DNA of 24,000 nucleotides from Spiroplasma endosymbiont of Lasioglossum villosulum (GCF_964020195.1 NZ_OZ026539.1:414299-438298); one strand, 5' to 3'; shown: positions 1 to 8,268, counted from the stretch's first letter. Numbers and translations: made by a program. Notes: generated by a model from the letters alone, not told the origin.

Positions 1-1
1 T

Positions 2-442
2 AGTACTGGTAATGGTAACAATATTGGTAAAGCTATTTTATATCCATATTTTGATTTTAATGGTAATAAAAAATATTTAATTGGTATTATTTATGATGGC
101 TTTAGGAATTTAGGAATATCAACATTATTAGTATCACAATCACTTTTAAATAGTGCTATTAATGAAAATACAGGATTATTAATTAATAATGCCAAAATGA
201 GTAAATTTAATGATAATGAGTTACGACATTACTTAACTTTTATTAATACTGAAAATAATTATAATCTTGATTTAACTAAAATTTTGAATACTAACTACAT
301 TAATTCTAGTGGTTTTGTTAGTTCTTTGAGTGGTATTGTTCCAATTGGTAATGAAAAAGCAGCATTAGAAAATAATGAAATAAGTATTCAATTACTTATT
401 GGTTTTTTTGCAATTTGTAGTATTATATTATCATTTAATTAA
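2..442 (+). CDS. 3' part of a hypothetical surface protein with a C-terminal membrane anchor (5' end outside the window)
   Basis: The frame is open from position 2 and joins the listed ORF 197..442. The N/G/S/L-rich sequence ends in a hydrophobic tail, IQLLIGFFAICSIILSFN, before the stop. No family was recognised. Confidence 0.45.
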   Translation, partial: STGNGNNIGKAILYPYFDFNGNKKYLIGIIYDGFRNLGISTLLVSQSLLNSAINENTGLLINNAKMSKFNDNELRHYLTFINTENNYNLDLTKILNTNYINSSGFVSSLSGIVPIGNEKAALENNEISIQLLIGFFAICSIILSFN

Positions 443-569
443 GTAACGTTTTTCTTTTATTTTGTTTATAGTTATATTTTATATAATTATGTGCTATTAT
501 ATTTTTGTATTAATTAATAATTAACTATTTAAGTATTTATGCTTCATCTGAAAGGTAGTTTTTTTTGTT

Positions 570-1511
570 ATGCAACAAGATTTTTATATTAAAAAGGTTT
601 TTTATGCTTGTTATGTGAAAAATATAGTGTTACCAATTTCATTTTTGAGTAATATTGGAAATAAAAAAGGTAAATCTTATGTTGGTAGTAAACAAAAATT
701 GAGAAATAGTACTGTTCGTGCAAAAAATAATTTAATTCAAAAAGCATTGCATAATTTTTATGATAGTAAAATAATGAGTTTTGTTACTTTAACCTATAAA
801 GATAATATGCAAGATATTAAAAAGGCTAAAAAAGATATTGGCTTATTTTTTATTAAATTAAAAAAATGATGAAATGATCCTAAACGTTTAAAATATTTAG
901 GTGAATTAAAGTATTTTTATGTTTATGAATATCAATCTCGTGGAGCAGTTCATTTTCATATAGTTTTTAATAGAAAAGTACATAAAAGTATGTTATTAGA
1001 ATGATGAACTCATGGTTTTAGTGATTTAAAAGTAGTTAAAAAAGGAACTAATGAATTTGTTATTAAATATTTAGGAAAATATGTTACAAAAGCATTTGAT
1101 GATGTTAAGTCTTTAAATCAAGCGGATGTAGGTGTAAAGGCTTATGCTTTTAGTCGTAATTGTAAAAATCCTATTGTAATTCGTGGTATTAAGAAAATAA
1201 CAATTCAAGATATAATTAAAGCAAGTTTTAATGCTACAAATGTGTTTTATTTTAAAACTCCAAAAGATAGTGATGGTAATACTATTTTAACTGGTGGTAT
1301 TATTGAAAGTACTGTTGTAAATGATTATTTTAAAGAATATGAAGATTATGAACGGTATGTATATTTAAGTGCTTTATCACATAAGCATTATTTACGGACT
1401 AGTGAAATTGGCTATTTAATTCATAAAGATAAAGATGTTTCAACTTGGTTAGATAAAGTATTTGGTGATAAGGTTGAAAAAATAATTTTTGGTAATAAAA
1501 AGTTAAATTAA
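570..1511 (+). CDS. Rolling-circle replication initiator (HUH endonuclease, two-tyrosine superfamily I type), plectrovirus/plasmid-like
   Basis: ORFs 570..869 and 1242..1511 share one frame and join through TGA=Trp codons (KLKKWWNDP, LLEWWTHG). All three RCR motifs occur in the correct order: FVTLTY (about 779-796), HFHIVF (951-968) and YLGKYVTK with YxxxY spacing (1068-1082). Confidence 0.8.
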
Positions 1512-1530
1512 ATTTTAATTATAATACTTG

Positions 1531-1554
1531 TATATATATATATATATATATATA
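1531..1554. repeat. (TA)12 dinucleotide microsatellite
   Basis: Read directly: tatatatatatatatatatatata, 20 nt after the Rep stop codon. Confidence 0.95.
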
Positions 1555-1709
1555 ATGTTATTTGTAATTATGTTTTTTTTCAGATGAAAGCATAGTTACA
1601 TTTTTTTCTTTTTTATGTTATTATGTATGTAGGTATTTATTTGCTTAATAATTGCGTTAATGTAACGAGTTAATAGTAGTAAAGGGTTATTAAGAGTAAA
1701 TATTTAACT

Positions 1710-1793
1710 ATTACAATTGTTTAAACAATTTCATCTGAAGGATAATTAAATATTTACTTTTTTGTTTTTTTAATTATTACAATTGTTTAAACA
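1710..1793. repeat. Two direct copies of an 18-mer, attacaattgtttaaaca, containing the 16-nt perfect palindrome aattgtttaaacaatt
   Basis: The copies lie at 1710-1727 and 1776-1793. Each is preceded by taaatattta (about 1698 and 1748). The region is non-coding, downstream of Rep. Confidence 0.8.
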
Positions 1794-2001
1794 TAATAGT
1801 TTTATTAAAGACAATTTAATATTTTTACGTAATGTATTTATATATTTATATGATTTTATTAAAAGAAAGAGAGGCATACCTCTGTTCGATTAAATTAAAA
1901 TTCAGGTTAAGTATGTAGGGTAATTTATTCTTTTCCTATTCAGATGGGAATTTTTTTATTTTTAAATAAATATGAATATAAAATGTAGTAAAGCAATATT
2001 A

Positions 2002-2093
2002 ATGGTTGGTTCCAACCAGAACCTTGGTTGGTGGAACCGTGGGGTTTATCCCACTGGGGTAGGTTGCGAAGCAACTAGGGGCAACGCCCCTAG
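2002..2093 (+). other. GC-rich island of four to five consecutive stem-loops (candidate ssDNA origin or packaging signal, or a structured RNA)
   Basis: Stems read directly: tggttgg/ccaacca (2002-2017); the alternative ggttcca/tggaacc (2007-2037); gtggg/cccac (2038-2054); gttgc-gaa-gcaac (2063-2075); ctaggggc-aac-gcccctag (2075-2093, 8 bp perfect). GC content is far above the flanking sequence. Confidence 0.55.
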
Positions 2094-2099
2094 GAACTT

Positions 2100-2129
2100 G
2101 ATGATTATGACTTTGATGATTATGACTTT
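2100..2129. repeat. Perfect tandem duplication of the 15-mer gatgattatgacttt
   Basis: Two adjacent identical units (2100-2114 and 2115-2129) lie directly after the GC-rich hairpins. Confidence 0.9.
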
Positions 2130-2199
2130 GGTTACTAATATTTTAGTTCGTGATAATTGAATATTGATTAATATTTTAAAAGTATTGGGATATAATACT

Positions 2200-2466
2200 A
2201 TGGAAGTATCTTACAATTTTATTATAATCGTTGTCCCTTTAATTTTAATTTTTTCAGTTTTTAGTATTTTTATTACCCCAATATTGATTAATATTTTAGC
2301 ACAGCAGTTAATTACTTTTAGTCATGTTATTTATCCAATTATTTTTCGTTGATGATATTTTTTATTAGCTTTTGGTATTAATATTATTGTTTATATTAGT
2401 GCTTATATTATTACTTGATTATTAAATTTTAGAAAATATAAGTTATGAGCATTTATGGAGTAAAGA
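2200..2466 (+). CDS. Small hydrophobic (2-3 TM) protein, phage/plectrovirus-like membrane ORF
   Basis: ORF 2164..2352 extends through four TGA codons to a TAA at 2464-2466. It is almost entirely hydrophobic (IIIVVPLILIFSVFSIFITPILINIL...). The start is uncertain (TTG 2164 or ATG 2200) and the RBS is weak. Confidence 0.4.
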
Positions 2467-2565
2467 TATTAGTTAATAAAAATTTTATTCTAGTAAAAAT
2501 TTAAAAAAGGAAGTTTATTATGTTTTTAATTGATTTTCACTTAGAAAGGCATATAATGATTTATA

Positions 2566-2624
2566 ATGTTTTTAAACCCATTGTTTTAATTTTAAAGCAA
2601 ATGGGTTTTTATGTTAAAAAGGAG
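2566..2624 (+). promoter_or_regulatory. Conserved hairpin leader, copy A (terminator-like stem aacccatt/aatgggtt plus a T-run, directly upstream of an RBS)
   Basis: The stem lies at 2575-2582/2600-2607, followed by ttttt, then aaaaaggag and ATG 2633. About 85 percent identical to 19414-19475. Confidence 0.6.
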
Positions 2625-2632
2625 ATCAACTT

Positions 2633-2872
2633 ATGGAACAGCAAGAAAGTAAAACACAAACATCTAGTAATGAGTTAAAATCAAAAATAGAAATTGGACA
2701 AGAAAAATTACAAAAAGAAAAAGATAAATTAATAAAATTACAAAATGAAGCAGAAACAGTTTCTGTTTCTAAGGAAACTAAAAAAGGAATTGCAGAACAA
2801 ATAGAAGCAATTAATCAATTAGAAAAAATGATTAATGAAGTTAAAATACAACTTAACAAAAATGTTTATTAA
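2633..2872 (+). CDS. Small coiled-coil protein (K/E/Q-rich), function unknown
   Basis: Uninterrupted 79-aa ORF with RBS aggag 8 nt upstream of the ATG. The composition is heptad-like (KLQKEKDKLIKLQNEAE). Confidence 0.6.
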   Translation: MEQQESKTQTSSNELKSKIEIGQEKLQKEKDKLIKLQNEAETVSVSKETKKGIAEQIEAINQLEKMINEVKIQLNKNVY

Positions 2873-2886
2873 ATAAGGAGTAAAAT

Positions 2887-3531
2887 ATGCCATTAGATAA
2901 GGATAAGGATAAACAAGATTTACAAATTAAAATATTTACAGATGAGCAAATTCAATTACTTACCGAAGATGATATTAAATCATTATCAATTGAACAAATT
3001 CAAGTATTTAATGAAAAAATTAAAGTATTAGATAAAGAAGTTGAAAAAAGAACCATAATATTATCAAATTATATTGATGTAATTACTGATGCTACTTTTA
3101 AAATAACTAGTTTATTAGAAGAAAATGTTTCTTTGGAAAAGCAAAAAATCGGCAATTTTAAAAATTTTATTTTTTGAATGCTTAGTTGTGGTTCTGTTAA
3201 TACAAATAAAAGAATAGAAAAAAAACTAAATAAAAATAAAAAGGAAATACAAGAAAAAACTAATGAACGAACAGATTTAAAAATAATATTTGAAAATATT
3301 AGTTTAGAAAGAAAAAAAATAAATGATGAGTTAAATAATTTAATTAAATTAACTGAATTATGAAAAAATATTAATGATAAAAAAAATAGTATAAAAAACA
3401 CTTCACCAGATAAAGAATTTTCTTGTTCTAAATTTGTTCAAGAAATTAATGCTTTAGAATTAACTAGTCAAACAGCAGTAAATGATCGTGTACAAACTTA
3501 CCATAAATATAATCATTATTTATGAATATAG
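2887..3531 (+). CDS. Coiled-coil protein, function unknown (214 aa)
   Basis: RBS aaggag lies at 2874-2879. ORFs 2887..3177 and 3178..3363 share one frame and continue across TGA codons to a TAG at 3529-3531. Confidence 0.6.
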
Positions 3532-3563
3532 TAATGCTTATTAAAAAGGAAAAAAAACTAAAA

Positions 3564-3752
3564 ATGGAACAATATTATGAATTATTAGGTTTATCTATTG
3601 GTGCAACAATTCCCGAAATTAATGCATCTTTTAGACGTTTATCTTTAAAATTACATCCAGATAAAAATACTAATAATCCAGAAGCAACTATTAATTTTCA
3701 AAAATTAAGTGAAGCGCGTAATGTTTTAGTTAAACATAAAAAATATGATTAA
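3564..3752 (+). CDS. Stand-alone J-domain (DnaJ-like) protein, about 62 aa
   Basis: MEQYYELLGLSIGATIPEINASFRRLSLKLHPDKNTNNPEATINFQKLSEARNVLVKHKKYD has the canonical J-domain signature: YYELLGL, the HPD tripeptide and the helix III/IV pattern ending in YD. ATG 3564 was chosen over the upstream in-frame ATG 3522. Confidence 0.8.
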   Translation: MEQYYELLGLSIGATIPEINASFRRLSLKLHPDKNTNNPEATINFQKLSEARNVLVKHKKYD

Positions 3753-4394
3753 AAATTACTCTAGAGAAATTGAGTGTCACGCAATAATTAAAAATAATTT
3801 AGAAAATAATCAGTCAAAAACTCAAGAAAATTTAAAAAAACAACAACCAGAACAAGAAACATTTCAAAGTAAACAAAAAGAGAAATTTTAGCTAAGCAAA
3901 AATTTAAGATATTTGAAAAAGAAATTGATCAAAAAATAAAAAAATATTATATTGAGTTATTACCAAAAATACTTGATTTTAAAATAGAATTAAAGAAATT
4001 AGAAAAAGAACTTTTAACTTTACAGTCAAAAAGTTTTAAATTAAGAAAATCTATTATTAATTTAAATACAAAGAAAATAAATCCAAGAATTAATTTTTAT
4101 ATTAAATGTATTACTTTAGATTTTTATGATTGAAATAAAATAACAGAAAAAGAACTATGTGAAAATAAAAATGAATTTATAAAAACCAATAGGGAAAAAG
4201 AAAATTTAAAAGAAAAATATGATATAGTAAAAACTAATATGCAAATATTAATTAATGAGCAAAACTTATTACAAGAAGATCTTAAAGAATTATTTGCAAA
4301 AGAAGATGATTTGAAAAAATATATAAATTCATTTAATTTAGAAGAAAAAGATTCAATAAGAGATTGAAATAAACACTTTTCATTATCAGTTTAA
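3745..4394 (+). pseudogene. Coiled-coil ORF split by a frameshift (frame 1 at 3745-3891, frame 0 at 3873-4394)
   Basis: ATG 3745 overlaps the J-domain stop (atgattaa). The first frame stops at TAG 3889-3891. The second frame opens at 3873 with no start codon and runs through TGA codons to TAA 4392-4394. The junction lies in an A-rich run, aaacaaaaagagaaa. Confidence 0.5.
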
Positions 4395-4446
4395 TGATAT
4401 AAATAATATTATATGAATAGTTAATGATTTAAATATAAATTTAGTT

Positions 4447-5034
4447 TTATGGTTCAACTAATATTTCATTATTTGATGTTTGTTCATCATTGCGTTCTTC
4501 AATAATATTATTATCAATAATAATATAATATTGTAAATATTTATTTCAAATACTGATAATTGGTTTATACAGAAAACTACTAAACATAAAGTTACCAATG
4601 CCATGAATAGCATCAAAACTTAATCCAGATAATCAGTAAAGATAAAAACTGGATTTACCAAATAATATTAAATGAATTAGAGCATCAAATGTACCAAAAG
4701 TAAAACCTCATAAACTTGTAATAATTACAAAAATTCATCAATGCTTTTTAATTAAATGATGAAATATTCAAATTATTATTACCAATATTGGTCATATACT
4801 AAAATATAAAAATATTCAACTATTACCACCGTAAAGTAGAATTTCTAATGAAGCAAAAATTAAAGGAATAGTAATTGACATATATAATGGAAAAACTAAT
4901 GCTGAAAATGCTAATAGGAAAGTTACAACTTCAATATTTGGTAATATTGCTAGTACTTCTTTTAAAGCAAAGACCAGTGCTGCATATGAAGGAATAATCA
5001 AGATACGAATTAATTTTTGGACATGGTTACTCAT
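4447..5034 (-). CDS. Polytopic membrane protein under cobalamin-riboswitch control (ECF S-component-like, candidate B12/corrinoid uptake protein)
   Basis: ORF 4816..5034 continues through nine in-frame TGA codons to a TAA at 4449-4447 (195 aa). It has about 6 hydrophobic segments. The riboswitch and terminator lie immediately upstream. The substrate assignment rests on context only. Confidence 0.6.
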
Positions 5035-5067
5035 ATTTGTTCTCGGCTTTCTTTATTTTTTAAATTT

Positions 5068-5305
5068 AAAACCACCTCATAAAGGTGGTTTAGTTATACT
5101 AATCGGAGATAAAACATCAATTAAAATTATATAACTGTTATCTGCACCCAGAGATTAGTTTAGTAGTATTAAATAGATAGGTCTACTGGCTTAACTTCAT
5201 TTTACTTGTTACCCTTCTCAAAATCTTTGATTTCAATGGATTATGTAACTTTTATCAGTATCACAGTTGCTGGGGCAGCTTAAGATTACTTAATTCCCTT
5301 TTATG
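5068..5305 (-). promoter_or_regulatory. Cobalamin (B12) riboswitch with an intrinsic-terminator expression platform
   Basis: The minus strand reads AAAAGGGAAUUAAGUAAUCUUAAGCUGCCCCAGCAACUGUGAU...GAGAAGGGUAAC...GUUAAGCCAGUAGACCUAUC (B12 box at 5176-5192). It is followed by the hairpin AACCACCU/AGGUGGUU (5070-5090) and a U-run, about 35 nt before ATG 5034. Confidence 0.8.
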
Positions 5306-5389
5306 AACAGTTGTTCATCTATTTAATTTTATTTAGTTGTATTTAATGATAAATGATTTAATATATTTTTAATATATTAAATTTTTTCT

Positions 5390-5944
5390 TTATTTTTTGT
5401 TTAATAATGACACTAATTGTGCTTTTGGTAAATTATTCATTTCATTTTGATATTGTTTAAACATATTTTTACATGTTGTAAGTTCAGTTAATGTTTCTTT
5501 TAAGTTACCTCAACCTTCAATTATGACTTTCTTTTTTTGTAATTCTTTATATTGTAGAAAGAAATTAACAATTTCATCACGTAAATGTTGTGGTACATCT
5601 TTTAGATCTTGATACTCATTAAAGCGTGGATCAGAATTAACAACACCAAATAATTTAGTATCAACTTCACCACCGTCAATCATTTTAATCATTCCTAAAA
5701 TTCTAACTTCTACTAAGCAACCAGGGAAAGTTGGATAAGTAATTAAACTAATAATATCTAAAGGATCACCATCGTAATCTAAAGTTTCAGGAATATATCC
5801 ATATTCACCGGGATAAAAATTAGCACCATAAAGAACACGATCTAATATCATAGTTTTAGATTTTCAATCATATTCATATTTATTACTTGATCCTTTGGGA
5901 ATTTCAACTACCATTTGCACAATGTTATTTTCGCTTTTATTCAT
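5390..5944 (-). CDS. ppa: Inorganic pyrophosphatase, family I
   Basis: MNKSENNIVQMVVEIPKGSSNKYEYDWKS...YGYIPETLDYDGDPLD...EVDTKL carries the family I signature residues. ORF 5510..5851 extends at both ends through TGA=Trp. RBS aggag lies upstream of ATG 5944. Confidence 0.9.
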
Positions 5945-6043
5945 TAATACTTCATCTCCTTTTAAAAATTAATTTTATTATATAATAAATAAACGTTTTT
6001 TTATATATAATTAAAATAATAAATGTATTTTAAGGAGTAAAAG

Positions 6044-6688
6044 ATGAGTTTAAAATATGAGAAAAAGTGACAACAATTTAAAAGTAATATGAATAATTCT
6101 TTAAAACTAACTACTCATAGAATAGCATTAGTTAGTAGTTTATTAGCAGTTACGACATTAATGACCTTATTAGAAACACCACCTATTTTTTTACCTTTTT
6201 TAAAAATTGATTTTGGTAATACTATTAATTTAATTGCATTGTTAATTATTAAACTTCCTTATAGTTTGTTAATTGCCATTATTGTTCCTTGACTAAGTTT
6301 AATCTTACCTCATTTTCCTTCTGGTAATGCTGAACCAATTGGTGAATTTGCTTATATGTTAAATACTATTACTTTATTGTTATTATATAGTAGTTTTAAA
6401 TTATTATTTAAGCAATTACCATTTTGAAAAACGCAATCTAATAATTCTTGAAAACGATTAATGATTATTGAAATACCAACAATTGTTATTACTTGTATTT
6501 TAGTATCATTAATTAGTGCTTTTTATAATTGAGCTTTTATTTTAGACATGTATGGTGCTGGTGATCTTAAAGATAAGATTTGAATTGTATTTGTACCATT
6601 TAATTTAATTAAATTTACTTCAGTTTTGTTTTTATATTTATTATTAGTTAGGCCAGTACAAATTTTAGTACAACATTTTAATATTTAA
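6044..6688 (+). CDS. Polytopic membrane protein, ECF-transporter S-component-like
   Basis: RBS aaggag lies at 6033. ATG 6044 is in frame with ORF 6089..6292 and continues across TGA codons to TAA 6686-6688 (214 aa). It is hydrophobic throughout and paralogous to 7506..8192 (AIIVPWLSL versus GIIEPWLHL). Confidence 0.55.
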
Positions 6689-7176
6689 ATAATATATTTT
6701 AATTGATCTTTTTTTATTTCTATTACTAAAGATTCTTCATTATTTTGTTTTATTTCTGATTCTTCTCAAGGTCTTCAAATATTTACTTCTTCTTTATAAT
6801 CTTCATCAATTACTAATCGTTCTGAATCACTATCTTCTTCTGAATTATCAAAATAGTTGTTTTCTATTTGTTTGTTAATATTTACTGATAATAAATTTAT
6901 TGCTTGTTGTTGATTTAAAAATTCTTCTTTATAATTTTGATTCTCATTATTATCACAATTTATTTCCGCAATATTGATAGCTTCTTCTAATATATCTTTT
7001 GGAGTTGAGTTGACTGAATGTTTTGTTTTAAGTTCATTCTTTCTTGCTTTTTGTTTTCAAATTCTAATTGTTGTTTTTGAAATGCCAGTTTCTTTTTTGA
7101 TTTCATCATAACTTTTACCATCTTGTAAATATTGTAATACTTTTTCTTTTATTTCGAGTGTATATTTTTTTGCCAT
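6685..7176 (-). CDS. Orphan helix-turn-helix protein (IS3 OrfA / transposase-N-terminal-like HTH) with an acidic C-terminal half
   Basis: Hand translation: MAKKYTLEIKEKVLQYLQDGKSYDEIKKETGISKTTIRIWKQKARKNEL..., 163 aa, with three TGA=Trp codons. RBS aaggaag lies upstream. The stop overlaps the convergent gene's stop by 4 nt. Confidence 0.6.
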
Positions 7177-7505
7177 CTTTTAATCTTCCTTTTCTTTTTC
7201 AATATTAATTTAATAAAAATCCTAATACAGAAAAAATATCTATATAAGGATTTAACACTATTTAAATTAATGATTAATATTATAATTTATTTTTTTAGTT
7301 TTTGTTATTTTTATTGTAATAAAAATTATTTATCAAATTATTATTATGATATTTTCATTGTTAATTAATTTTCTAAATTAGAGTAGTATTAATAGTTTTT
7401 ATAAAAATTTAATAAATGTCTTGTTTTTTAATTAAAAGTAATTTATAATTTTTATAAATAAGTATTTATTTAATTAAATACCTATTTTAAAAAGGAGAAG
7501 TTATA

Positions 7506-8192
7506 ATGAGAGTTAAAAGTGTTGACCAAGAAAAAGAAAAAGTAGATATAAAAACAAAGAAAAAAATAAAGATTAATTCAAAACAACAAATTTTTAATAT
7601 TACTTTGACAGGAATTTTATTGGGATTAGCTGTTGCTTCTTCATTAATTGAAATACCTATTCAGTTTATGGGAGTAATTTTACCATTAAGAATTTTTGAT
7701 TCATTAATTATTGCTTTTGCTTTACCAATTATTGGTTTATATTATACATTAGCAATTGGTATTATCGAACCTTGATTACATTTATTAGCAGATAGTGATC
7801 ATCCACCAATTCAAATTTTCTTTGATAATATTGCTAATATTTTATTTATTGTTTCTTTTTATTTTATTTACTACTATCTTTTTAAATTGTGCAATAAAAG
7901 TAAAAATTTAAAAGTAGATACTATCAAAAAAATAAGTGCTGGTCTAGTAATAGTACCCTTAAATGCGATTATTGCTACTTTATCTTTTGCTTTAACTTTA
8001 GTAGTACTTTATTTTAGTCCTAACCTACCAAGACCTGATGAATATGATAATAATATTCTTAATTTTAATAATCATTCAGTAATTATATTATTTATTTTAC
8101 TTGGTATTGAAATTTTAAGATTTATTTTTATCTTTATCTTATTTAGTTTAGTTGAAAGAAAGATAGGTTCTGCTAAACGTTATTATTTTTAA
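7506..8192 (+). CDS. Polytopic membrane protein, ECF-transporter S-component-like (paralog of 6044..6688)
   Basis: RBS aaggag lies at 7492-7497. ORFs 7506..7775 and 7887..8192 share one frame, joined across TGA (IIEPWLHLL). 228 aa. Confidence 0.55.
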
Positions 8193-8268
8193 TAAAAAGT
8201 ATTTTATTTTATAAAATAAAATGTTAAATTAATACTTATTAATTAAAAATAAAATTAGGGAGCAATAT

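Noticed and set aside
1972-2160. A 62-aa plus-strand ORF (MNIKCSKAILMVGSNQNLGWWNRGVYPTGVGCEATRGNAPRNL...).
   Set aside because: It is made almost entirely of the GC-rich hairpin block plus the 15-bp tandem repeat (LMIMTLMIMTL). It has no RBS. Its composition is unlike any other protein in the window. It is better explained as a structured nucleic-acid element.
3069-3401. A 110-aa minus-strand ORF rich in F/L/I/S.
   Set aside because: It is the antisense shadow of the K/E/N-rich coiled-coil gene 2887..3531. It is low-complexity and has no RBS.
5303-5320. The palindrome atgaacag/ttgttcat, considered as a terminator for ppa or a promoter-proximal operator.
   Set aside because: There is no U-run on the minus strand after it. 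It lies at the 5' edge of the riboswitch and may simply be part of its outer helix or be fortuitous. This cannot be decided by eye.
5950-6043. I looked for additional riboswitches (TPP, FMN, etc.) upstream of the other two ECF-S-like genes (also 7200-7505).
   Set aside because: These regions are almost pure A/T with no conserved GC-containing cores. The only feature is a loose 7-bp stem at 7220-7256.
8201-8222. A perfect 22-nt AT-only palindrome, attttattttataaaataaaat, after gene 7506..8192, considered as a terminator.
   Set aside because: A stem made only of A-T pairs is weak, and such palindromes are expected by chance at this base composition.
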